From assembly GCA_964348415.1 (NCBI GenBank), contig CAYGCR010000001.1:10639-74638 (forward strand): a stretch of DNA of 64,000 nucleotides, given 5' to 3'. The stretch comes from an uncultured Ignavibacteria bacterium. Lineage in GTDB: Bacteria; Zixibacteria; MSB-5A5; SM1-73. Under the pieces are notes generated by a model. It was not told the DNA's origin. It made no database searches and worked only from the letters and a program-made list of their open reading frames with translations. The position numbers and the translations under genes were made by a program. Numbering within the stretch: position 1 is the stretch's first letter; each line of letters begins with the position of its first letter. This document shows, in pieces, positions 27,195 through 36,000 of this stretch.

Positions 27195-28418
27195 TCAATA
27201 CTCATACCACCTGGAGTTGATTGCCAGCAGCATGCCTAAGATGGCCCAGCTTAGAAGCATAGAGGAGCCGCCGTAACTGACAAAAGGCAAAGGCAAGCCT
27301 GTCACCGGCATAACGCCCAGAGTCATTCCTATATTGACCGTCATCTGAAAACCGATTATGGCGGTGAGCCCCATGGCCACGTTGCTGGCAAAAGTGTTCC
27401 TGGTCTTTTGAGCGATAAGGATTCCCCTGACTATTAGAAGACTGAACAGTGCCAGCAGAATAATTCCGCCTGTCAGCCCGAATTCCTCTCCCAGCACAGA
27501 AAATACGAAGTCGGTATGTTGATGAGGAAGAAAAGCCAGCTTTGTCTGGCTTCCCTCCAGATATCCCTTTCCAGTCAGCCCGCCCGATCCTATCGCAATT
27601 TCGGACTGGATGATCTGGTAACCCGCTCCCTGCGAGTCCTTTCCTGGATCCAAAAATACGATGATGCGCTGCTTCTGATAATCATGCAATTTGTCCCAGA
27701 CGACAAGGGTGACTGCTCCGAAGGCCAGATTGAGCAAAAGGAAGCTCATGGAGAAAACGAAAGTTGGCCTCAAACGATATAACAACGTAATCAGAGCCAA
27801 GAAGAACACCGCCCAAATCAAGGGATGAAAGCCGCAGATAAGGCTGATGACTGGAGAAACTATCAAAAATAGGTAAGACAGACGGACCCCTGACCAAAAG
27901 AGCATGGAGATCAGTACTGCAAAGAAGACCAGAGAAGTCCCTAAGTCGGGCTGCCTCAAGATCAACAACGCGGGCAACAGCGCCATGCCCACGACACTTA
28001 CCAGCCATCTGAAGCTATGGGCAGAACGCTTGGAATAAGCCAGGTACCGAGCTAAAGGCAGGACGGTGGCGATCTTGGCAAACTCAGAGGGTTGGATATT
28101 AAAGCCACCCACGGAGATCCAACGTGCGGCTCCCAACTTGGATGAGCCCATTACTAATATCAACACCAGAGTGAGCAGGGAGATGAAATACAATACGTTA
28201 GAGAAGAACTCGAATAATCTCAAGGGGATGGAGAAGGTCAGAATGCAGACTAAAAGGCCCAGCAAAACCCAAATGATCTGTTTAATATAAATCCCTCTGT
28301 CAGCCGGGTTGTCGCTATGCAGCTTAGCGCTGTAAATTAACAAGATCCCGATGAAGGAGAGGATCAAAGCAGCTATTACCAAAAGGAGATCGAACTCCTT
28401 TGAGCCGATTCTTATCAT
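27195..28418 (-). CDS. rodA: Rod shape-determining SEDS protein RodA
   Basis: GAARWI, IQPSEFAK, QPDLGTS, YQKQRI, PHQHTDFVFS, LPFVSYGGSS. Confidence 0.95.
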   Translation of the reverse strand: MIRIGSKEFDLLLVIAALILSFIGILLIYSAKLHSDNPADRGIYIKQIIWVLLGLLVCILTFSIPLRLFEFFSNVLYFISLLTLVLILVMGSSKLGAARWISVGGFNIQPSEFAKIATVLPLARYLAYSKRSAHSFRWLVSVVGMALLPALLILRQPDLGTSLVFFAVLISMLFWSGVRLSYLFLIVSPVISLICGFHPLIWAVFFLALITLLYRLRPTFVFSMSFLLLNLAFGAVTLVVWDKLHDYQKQRIIVFLDPGKDSQGAGYQIIQSEIAIGSGGLTGKGYLEGSQTKLAFLPHQHTDFVFSVLGEEFGLTGGIILLALFSLLIVRGILIAQKTRNTFASNVAMGLTAIIGFQMTVNIGMTLGVMPVTGLPLPFVSYGGSSMLLSWAILGMLLAINSRWYEY

Positions 28419-30382
28419 GGCCTTTCTTCACTGACATCTTGGAGAGTTGATTGACCAGTAATCTCTAGTTTGCCATCTTCCTGGTCTTGCACCAAATCTT
28501 GCCTGAGGTAGTTTTCTATGATCCTTTTTGCTGCCGGTGCTGCGAAAGTGCCGCCATGGCCGACATTTTCTATCAGCACCACCACCACTATCCGCGGGTC
28601 TTCGGCCGGGGCGTAGCCCACAAACCAAGCATGATCCGCTCCATGCGGATTCTGGGCGGTGCCGGTCTTTCCGGCCACGACCACATCCGGACTCCGAGCC
28701 AAAACCCCGGTTCCGCGGGCATTATTCACTACACCTATCATGGCCTCTTTCAGTACGCTTAGAGTCGAAGACGAAAAAGGAAGGTATCCAACTATTCTGG
28801 GCCGGGTGGAGATGACTCGTCCGTCAGAGGTGGTTTCCTCTTTCCAGAGATAAGGCCTGGTAAGCCGGCCGTCCGTGGCCAGACCGCCGAACAATACTGC
28901 CAGTTGCAGAGGGGTAGTCAGAATCTCCCCCTGCCCGATAGAGAGATTGACCACCAGGTTTTTGACCCATTCACCCTTTCCGTACCTCTGATGATAATAG
29001 TCCAGCGTTGGGACCAAGCCTTTTGCCTCGTCCGGAATATCTATGCCAGTCTTCTGTCCCAGCCCGCACATCTCGGCGTACCGGCTCCATCTTTCCAGTC
29101 CCACCTGAAGCCCCAGTTGATAGAAATAAACGTCGCAAGATTGAATGATGGCGTCAACCAGATTTAATCTCCCGTGTCCCTCAGGTCGCCAACATCCGAA
29201 TCTCTTCTTTCCGAAATAGAAGGATCCGCCGCAGGGAGACAGAAAGGTATATTTGTTTGCCACCTTCTCTTCTAAGGCTATTGCCGCGGTGAGAAGCTTC
29301 AAAGTGGAGCCTGGAGGATAGGTGGCTTGAATGGGACGGGTCAGAAGAGGGTGGAGGGGATTTTCCAGGATCTGGTTCCATTTTTCCGACGACATGGTCC
29401 CGGCAAAGAGATTGGCATCCAATCCAGGCTTGCTGACCAGAGCCAATATCTCACCATTTCTGGGATCCAGAGCCACCACCGCTCCACTTTCGTACTCCAC
29501 TAGAGCCGATTCAGCCTCGGTTTGAAGATCAAGATCTATGGTCAATTTCACATCCGAACCACTGACCGGAACATCGGGTTTCTTCTCCTCTAAAGTACCC
29601 AATATCCTGCCTTGAGCGGTTACTTCCAAAAAAGCCACTCCACTTGTCCCTCTCAAAATGTCATCATACTGTTTCTCTATCCCTTTTCTTCCAATCACCC
29701 CTCCCAGGCGGAACTTCTCCCGAGTTGAGTCGCTTGACAATTCTTCTCTGGTAAGCTCGTTCACGTATCCTAAGACGTGTCCCACCCAGCCGGCTTCAAG
29801 ATACTTTCGGGTTGGCTCTACCTGATAACTCACTCCGGGCAGATCCTCGTTCTGTTCCTCGATCACACAGATGGTGTTAAAATCCACGTCCCTTTTGAGC
29901 TTTATAGGCTGATATCCTCGGAACCAGTCGGGTGTCACCTTCTGCCTCAGGGCAGAAGCATCCAGCTTTAAGCACGAGGCAATCCTCTCCACCAAGGGGG
30001 TCAAGTCTCCTTCTTTATCAGATGTCCCGTTGCGAGGGAACGCGTCGCGGACCTCATAGGGAACCAGCAAAACGGTATAGGAGGGGCGGTTTGTTGCGAT
30101 AATCTTCCCATTTCGATCTGCCACGACACCGCGTGAGGCGGGCAGAGTCAGGAGGTGTATGCGGTTCTTCTCAGAGGTGTTTTTATAGTGAGCACCTTTC
30201 ACCACCTGCAGGAAAAACAACCTCCCGACCAGCATGATGATAACAAGACCCAGCAAGCCAAGCAGGATTTTGGCTCTTCGATCTTTGGGGATAAAACCGG
30301 TGAACGATTTCTCCAGCAAAGACCAACCTAGCCTCCGATACAATCCGAGCGAACTTCTGTTTTGCGTAGTCCTTTGTGCCAC
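28415..30382 (-). CDS. mrdA: Penicillin-binding protein 2
   Basis: YPPGSTLK (SxxK), SCDVYFY (SxD variant), AGKTGTAQ; overlaps rodA by 4 nt. Confidence 0.95.
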   Translation of the reverse strand: MAQRTTQNRSSLGLYRRLGWSLLEKSFTGFIPKDRRAKILLGLLGLVIIMLVGRLFFLQVVKGAHYKNTSEKNRIHLLTLPASRGVVADRNGKIIATNRPSYTVLLVPYEVRDAFPRNGTSDKEGDLTPLVERIASCLKLDASALRQKVTPDWFRGYQPIKLKRDVDFNTICVIEEQNEDLPGVSYQVEPTRKYLEAGWVGHVLGYVNELTREELSSDSTREKFRLGGVIGRKGIEKQYDDILRGTSGVAFLEVTAQGRILGTLEEKKPDVPVSGSDVKLTIDLDLQTEAESALVEYESGAVVALDPRNGEILALVSKPGLDANLFAGTMSSEKWNQILENPLHPLLTRPIQATYPPGSTLKLLTAAIALEEKVANKYTFLSPCGGSFYFGKKRFGCWRPEGHGRLNLVDAIIQSCDVYFYQLGLQVGLERWSRYAEMCGLGQKTGIDIPDEAKGLVPTLDYYHQRYGKGEWVKNLVVNLSIGQGEILTTPLQLAVLFGGLATDGRLTRPYLWKEETTSDGRVISTRPRIVGYLPFSSSTLSVLKEAMIGVVNNARGTGVLARSPDVVVAGKTGTAQNPHGADHAWFVGYAPAEDPRIVVVVLIENVGHGGTFAAPAAKRIIENYLRQDLVQDQEDGKLEITGQSTLQDVSEERP

Positions 30383-30689
30383 CTTTACCTCGGTTCAAAC
30401 AAAAGCCTGTCCAGGTAAACCTGGAGGCTTGCCCATAGGCTCAGGGACCACAGGTTGACGCGCCTGAGAAGATTGTCTGGCTACCTGTGGAATTCCGCTG
30501 TTTTTGTCTTTATCACCTGTGTTTGCAGCAAAATACCTTCTCGGTTTATCCCATATTACTTCGAACCCCAGATCAACTCTGTTTTGACCTCGAGCCCTCC
30601 TAAAATATTCACCGTTCTGGAGTCAAAGACACCAACACATACTGATGACAAGTTAGACCAAGTCCCATGGCAACGGAATAATGTTTGCT

Positions 30690-31220
30690 CTAATCAAATT
30701 GAAAAGAGCGCTTTTCAGTCTCCGCCTGCTCCGATCGGATTTTGCTCACACCAAGAAAGAGCAACATCCCCACGGCTGCGGTATATAAAGCCGAGACGGA
30801 TGAGTAGTTGCTTAATATTCTAAAGGTTGCAGCATTTGGCCCGGTGACGAAGATATAATACAGAAAATCATTGAACATAAGCGCAAAGAATATTAGCCCT
30901 CCCCTTGAGTATACGCTTTCCAGATACAAATTATCTTTGAAACTTCCCACGGCGAATCCAATTAGACATTTCACCAGAGCTCCCCACCCCATGGCTTGTG
31001 GATTAAGGACGTCCAGGAGCAGCCCGATTAGAAACCCGAAGATAACTCCATAGCCGGGACCGCGGGTTAAAGCGATGTAAACCAGGATAACGATGGCCAG
31101 ATCGAATTTAAATCCCAATATGGTGACTAAATCAGAGAGCAGGCTTTGAAAAAGTATCAGTATGAAAAGTATCACCGCCCCCGAGAGGATTTTAGAAGAT
31201 ATGGCACTTCCCCACAACAT
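30690..31220 (-). CDS. mreD: Rod shape-determining protein MreD
   Basis: Small multi-TM protein, FGFLIGLLLDV, between mreC and mrdA. Confidence 0.85.
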   Translation of the reverse strand: MLWGSAISSKILSGAVILFILILFQSLLSDLVTILGFKFDLAIVILVYIALTRGPGYGVIFGFLIGLLLDVLNPQAMGWGALVKCLIGFAVGSFKDNLYLESVYSRGGLIFFALMFNDFLYYIFVTGPNAATFRILSNYSSVSALYTAAVGMLLFLGVSKIRSEQAETEKRSFQFD

Positions 31221-31300
31221 GGACTTAGCACCTTTCTTATTTTATCTGGAACATCATCTCCAGGGAAAAGATGATATCAATGAGATTCGTCTGAATGAGA

Positions 31301-32131
31301 TTATTTTTCCTTTTCCACCCTGGTCCAATCCAGTACGAACATCTCCTCCAGAGTGCTGAAATCGACTGAAGGTTTGACCTGGATCATTTTGAATATTCCA
31401 AAGGAGCGATCTTCTTTGGAGAAAGTCTCCTCGCTTTCAACTGCGGTCACCTCCCCTATTTGTAACCCGGGAGGGAATATGCCACCCAACCCGGAGGATA
31501 TCACCTGGTCTCCCACCTTTACATCTTCGTGCAAGGGGACGTTGTCCAGTTGCAGGGTGAATCCCGTGTGGGGTTTTATGATTCCGAATACTCGGCTTCT
31601 CTGATCCAAGGCTGAGGCCCGGAAGCTGGGATCGATCATCAGCTGAACCACTGAACTGTGGGATGAAACGTTCAAGATCTTGCCCACCAGTCCGCGCATA
31701 TTCACTGCGGGCATGTTCCTTTTTACTCCTGCTCGATATCCCTTGTTTATAGTAATCGAAAAACGTCTTCGGTTCGGATCTGTCGCCATCACGTCAACCG
31801 GGATGATCCTGTACCTTAGCTCCGACCGAAAGTCCAAAAGCTCCCGCAGTCTCTGGTTTTCCAAATGCTCCTCGTTTAGCCACAAGTTCCTCAAAGAAAG
31901 CTCCATCACCTTCCGGTGCAGCCTTCGGTTCTCCTCCCTCACCTGCTCTAATTCTTTGACGTGATTGCTCAAAGCATAAAAGGGTCCATAGGTAAATCTA
32001 AAAATGAAGCCGGAGAGATCTGATTTGAGCTTTTGAGGAAGGACTAAGAGAAGAAAGGACAAAAGCAGGAACATGATTAACTGAAGAAACGTTTCCCTTC
32101 TAATATGAATCAGGAAAGAGAGTCTGTTCAT
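31301..32131 (-). CDS. mreC: Rod shape-determining protein MreC
   Basis: EENRRL, ENQRLRELL, TINKG, GLVGKI, VISSGLGGIFPPGLQIGEV. Confidence 0.93.
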   Translation of the reverse strand: MNRLSFLIHIRRETFLQLIMFLLLSFLLLVLPQKLKSDLSGFIFRFTYGPFYALSNHVKELEQVREENRRLHRKVMELSLRNLWLNEEHLENQRLRELLDFRSELRYRIIPVDVMATDPNRRRFSITINKGYRAGVKRNMPAVNMRGLVGKILNVSSHSSVVQLMIDPSFRASALDQRSRVFGIIKPHTGFTLQLDNVPLHEDVKVGDQVISSGLGGIFPPGLQIGEVTAVESEETFSKEDRSFGIFKMIQVKPSVDFSTLEEMFVLDWTRVEKEK

Positions 32132-32376
32132 AAAATGTCAGGCTGATTTGGGAGTTCTTGCCTTCTTCTTCGGGTCATTTCCTATTCGCACCCACAATCT
32201 GAAGAAACTCAATTCCACTAAACTCTGACTAATGCTTTTTCAGTTCCGGTCCGGGTCAGTTCTCGGACCATGATCTGCAAATATTTAGACTCAAACAGAA
32301 TTGCTCTGGTTTCCACAAGCTCTGCTGCGAAGGCGGCCAGACGCCTTTCGCTCCAACCTCATCATCTGGCTTGTGT

Positions 32377-32829
32377 TCACTCGTACGAATCCAGCACCTC
32401 CAAAAGCTCTTTCGGGCTTTTGATCTTCATTAACTTCTCTCGGTTTTTTTCGCTCTTCATGAGAAAGGAAAGTCGGGCCATGACGTTTAGATGAGCGCCG
32501 ATGGCATCCTCCGGGGCGGCGATCAAAAAGAAAAGATGAACCGGCTTTTTGTCCATAGAATCGAAATCGATACCTGGTTTGGACCTTCCGAAGGCGATGA
32601 TAATACCCCGGACAGCCTTGGACTTCGCATGAGGAAAGGCCACCCCGTAGCCCACCCCGGTGGTGACCAGTTTCTCCCTCTCCAGAATGTCCTTCAGAAG
32701 GTGGTCGGCCTCCTTGACCAGCTTGGAGTTTGATGCCAGATCCACCAATTCTTTGATTGTTTGGTCTTTGGTCTGCGCTCTAAGTTCGAAAGATATGAGA
32801 TCCTCGCCGCAGAATTTTGAGAGCTTCAT
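32377..32829 (-). CDS. PTS EIIA component (PtsN/fructose-mannitol family)
   Basis: EREKLVTTGVGYGVAFPHAK (phospho-His), GIDFDSMDKKPVHLFFLI. Confidence 0.9.
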   Translation of the reverse strand: MKLSKFCGEDLISFELRAQTKDQTIKELVDLASNSKLVKEADHLLKDILEREKLVTTGVGYGVAFPHAKSKAVRGIIIAFGRSKPGIDFDSMDKKPVHLFFLIAAPEDAIGAHLNVMARLSFLMKSEKNREKLMKIKSPKELLEVLDSYE

Positions 32830-32872
32830 CCTCGGATTCCTCCTGTTTTGTTTGCACTCATCTCAATCTTCT

Positions 32873-33037
32873 TTAAAACCTCTCCGCCTGCTCTATCAGC
32901 ATTATCGGGATATCATCCTTCACCGGATACTTCAGCCGGCATTTTTCACAGACAAGCTTCTGATTTTGTTCATCATAGATCAAATCGCCTTTGCAGAGCG
33001 GACAGGCCAAAATCTCAAGAAGCTTTGCATCGAGCAT
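32873..33037 (-). CDS. Trm112-like protein (UPF0434)
   Basis: LLEILACPLCKGDL...LVCEKCRLKYPVKDDIPIML. Confidence 0.9.
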   Translation of the reverse strand: MLDAKLLEILACPLCKGDLIYDEQNQKLVCEKCRLKYPVKDDIPIMLIEQAERF

Positions 33038-33263
33038 TGCTTTTTTCCTCCTTCTTGCCAAGCCAATATAACCCGGGAACACCTAAAGCTGAATCACAAA
33101 AGGATAACCCCAAAAGAAGAGTTTGTGGTAACCGCTTTTTTGAGACCACGAGACCGAAACCCGAACGGAGAGCTTTAGTATTCTTAAGTTCCATCATATG
33201 TTCTCGGAGCCAAGTAACCTGCGGACGAGCTTTGAAAGCTTGCCACTGAGGGTCAGCACCTGA

Positions 33264-34247
33264 CTATCCCTTTCCCTGCAAATATTCCCCCATTACCCGG
33301 AACTTACTTATTCTTCTCTCGACCAAATCGTCCGGGCTCAACTCGCTCAGTTGGTCAAGAGCAGAGAGGATCTCCAGTTTAAGAATATCGGCTTGGCCTT
33401 CGGGATTCCGATGGGCGCCTCCTTTTGACTCAGGAATGATCTTGTCTATGACTTTCAGCCTCATAAGATCAGCAGCGGACAGCTTCAAAGCTTCTGCCGC
33501 CTCGGGAGCTTTGGCGGCGTCCCTCCACAAGATAGCCGCACATCCTTCCGGGGATATCACTGAATACCAGGCGTTCTCCAACATAAAGACTTTATCTCCC
33601 ACGCCTATCCCCAGGGCTCCTCCGCTGGCTCCCTCGCCGATAATGTTGATGATGATGGGCACAGTAAGACGCGTCATCTCCCTCAAATTTCTGGCGATCG
33701 CTTCTGCTTGCCCCCTTTCCTCCGCCCCTATGCCGGGAAACGCTCCCGGGGTGTCGACCAAAACGACAATGGGCTTGCCAAAGCGCGCAGCCAATTGCAT
33801 CAGTCTCAAGGCCTTTCTGTACCCTTCCGGATGGGGCATGCCGAAATTCCTATACAGTTTCTGCTTGGTATCTTTTCCCTTCTGCTGTCCCGCCACCAGT
33901 ACCGGTCTGCCATCCATTTTGGCGAAACCTGCCACTATGGCTTTATCATCTGCAAAATTTCTGTCCCCGTGTAGCTCAAGGAAATCCGTGGTCATCAGCG
34001 AGATAAAATCCAAAGCACACGGGCGGCGGGGGTGACGGGCCAACTGGACTCTTTGCCATCGGGTAAGCTTGGAATAGATCTCCTGGGTGAGTCTGTCCCG
34101 TTTCTCCTCCAGGGATTGGATCTGCCGGGACAATTCCGAACCATGCGACGGATCTTCACCTTCCCGGCCAGCCAGCTCCTTGAGGTCTGCTATCCTTTTT
34201 TCCAACTCGTGTATTGGCTTTTCAAAATCCAAATAGGGCCCGTTCAT
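33264..34247 (-). CDS. accA: Acetyl-CoA carboxylase carboxyltransferase alpha subunit
   Basis: YLDFEKPI, ARHPRRP, FGMPHPEGYRKA, DTPGAFPG..AEERGQ, YSVISPEGCA. Confidence 0.97.
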   Translation of the reverse strand: MNGPYLDFEKPIHELEKRIADLKELAGREGEDPSHGSELSRQIQSLEEKRDRLTQEIYSKLTRWQRVQLARHPRRPCALDFISLMTTDFLELHGDRNFADDKAIVAGFAKMDGRPVLVAGQQKGKDTKQKLYRNFGMPHPEGYRKALRLMQLAARFGKPIVVLVDTPGAFPGIGAEERGQAEAIARNLREMTRLTVPIIINIIGEGASGGALGIGVGDKVFMLENAWYSVISPEGCAAILWRDAAKAPEAAEALKLSAADLMRLKVIDKIIPESKGGAHRNPEGQADILKLEILSALDQLSELSPDDLVERRISKFRVMGEYLQGKG

Positions 34248-35155
34248 CGCTTGCTCTTTAGTAGATTTGGTTTCCCGCCAGTTCCCAGAAGTCTTTCCCA
34301 GATGGTGAACCAGAGGCGAATCAATATACTAAAAAAAACGACAGCCCTCAAAAGAATGTTGGGGAGGTGGTGCTTTTGGTAAAAATAATACATGCTCCGA
34401 TGGTGCTCTACCAGCATGGAAAGTTTCCTCCGACGGGTGCTTTGACCAACATGGTGAATAACTGTTACTTCTGGAAAGTAGTACACCCCAAAACCGGCCT
34501 TTTTCGCTCTATAGCAAAAATCCACATCTTCCGCATACATAAAGAAAAGCTCATCTAGCCCCCCTATCCTGTCCAAAACCTCTCTCTTGGTTAGGAGACA
34601 TGAACCGGAGACCCAATCCACTTCTTTCTCGTTAGTCCGGTTGAGGTCTTTCAAAAGGTACCTTCTGGATAATGGATTCTGAGGAAAAAGCTTGTTTAAC
34701 AGGGACTGACTGGAGGAGATGGCGGTCAGGTAAGAAGGAAATGATCTGCAGGAGAAAAGGACCGCTCCCTTTGTATCGACCATCCGCGGCCCGCAGATTC
34801 CCGCCTGTGGATGGCTGTCCAGGAACTCGATCATCCTGGTTGTCCCGCCAGGGGTAAGCTCCGTGTCCGGGTTTAGAAGCAAAATGTAACGTCCCCTGCT
34901 CCGCTTTATCCCCTGATTGCAGGCGACGGAGAAACCAAGATTCTGCTCGTTTTCCAACAGATTAACCTGGGCGAACTCGTCTTTGATCATCCTGGCGCTT
35001 TGGTCCGCAGACTTGTTGTCTATCACCACCACCTCAAAACTCAAATCCTTTTGGTAATCAAGAATCGATGCCAAGCATTTCCTTAACAGATTCCTCACAT
35101 TGTAGCTGACTATGATAATGGAGAGGTCTATTTCTGGCTCAAAAGTGAACAGCAT
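34244..35155 (-). CDS. Glycosyltransferase family 2 (WbbL-like)
   Basis: SIIIVSYN, LLNPD, DWVSGSCL, FFMYAEDVD. Confidence 0.9.
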   Translation of the reverse strand: MLFTFEPEIDLSIIIVSYNVRNLLRKCLASILDYQKDLSFEVVVIDNKSADQSARMIKDEFAQVNLLENEQNLGFSVACNQGIKRSRGRYILLLNPDTELTPGGTTRMIEFLDSHPQAGICGPRMVDTKGAVLFSCRSFPSYLTAISSSQSLLNKLFPQNPLSRRYLLKDLNRTNEKEVDWVSGSCLLTKREVLDRIGGLDELFFMYAEDVDFCYRAKKAGFGVYYFPEVTVIHHVGQSTRRRKLSMLVEHHRSMYYFYQKHHLPNILLRAVVFFSILIRLWFTIWERLLGTGGKPNLLKSKR

Positions 35156-35247
35156 GGATGAGTGGCTTTTCCCATGAGTTCGACTGCCTCGGATAATTAC
35201 TTCAACTTTGCTCCAACTTGCTTGCTACCCGGATGGTTTGCTGATAA

Positions 35248-35961
35248 TCACAATTTGCCCAGAAGACTCCAGAGTCTCAGTCTCCATACCATCCAGACAG
35301 CTTCCCTTACGATCTTTTTAGACATCTTGGACTGCCCCACCCTTCTGTCCTCGAATACGATAGGTATCTCCTTTATCCTGAATCCCTTTTTCCAGGCGCG
35401 AAAGCTCATCTCTATCTGAAAGGAGTACCCGTTGGATCTGACTTTTTCCAGATCGATGGCTTCAAGAACCTCCCGGCGAAAGCATTTAAACCCGCCGGTA
35501 GCATCCCTGACCGGAAGACCGGTGACAATCCTTGAGTAGACATTGGCGTAATAGGACAGGAGCAGTCGGGACATGGGCCAGTTTATTACGTTGACCCCCC
35601 TTATATAGCGGGACCCGAGGACTAAATCTTGCTCCTTGATGGCTTGCAGGAAATCAGGGATGTACTTGGGATCGTGAGAGAAATCGCAATCCATTTCGAA
35701 CACGTAGTTAAAGTCCCTTTCCAGGGCAAACTTAAACCCGGTTATATAGGCGGTCCCAAGCCCGCTTTTGTTCTGCCGATGAATCACGAAGATACGGTCG
35801 TTCTCCTTTGCCATCCTGTCTGCGATCTCGCCGGTGCCATCCGGTGAGTTGTCATCTACTATCAGTACGTGGATGGATGGATCCCTCTCCAAAACCAAGG
35901 GAACGATCCTCTCGATATTTTCCCGCTCGTTATACGTGGGTATGATCACCAAGCTCTTCAT
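35248..35961 (-). CDS. Polyprenol-phosphate sugar synthase (DPM1/Ppm1-like GT2)
   Basis: IIPTYNE, VDDNSPDGT, GLGTAY, MDCDFSHDP, SNGYSFQIE. Confidence 0.92.
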   Translation of the reverse strand: MKSLVIIPTYNERENIERIVPLVLERDPSIHVLIVDDNSPDGTGEIADRMAKENDRIFVIHRQNKSGLGTAYITGFKFALERDFNYVFEMDCDFSHDPKYIPDFLQAIKEQDLVLGSRYIRGVNVINWPMSRLLLSYYANVYSRIVTGLPVRDATGGFKCFRREVLEAIDLEKVRSNGYSFQIEMSFRAWKKGFRIKEIPIVFEDRRVGQSKMSKKIVREAVWMVWRLRLWSLLGKL

Positions 35962-36000
35962 CTCTCAGGTTCATCTCCGGCTTACCCGGGTCTATGGCTT

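Noticed and set aside
30455-30823. 122-aa plus-strand ORF in the mreD-mrdA gap
   Set aside because: It is antisense to the operon, overlaps mreD and has no motifs.
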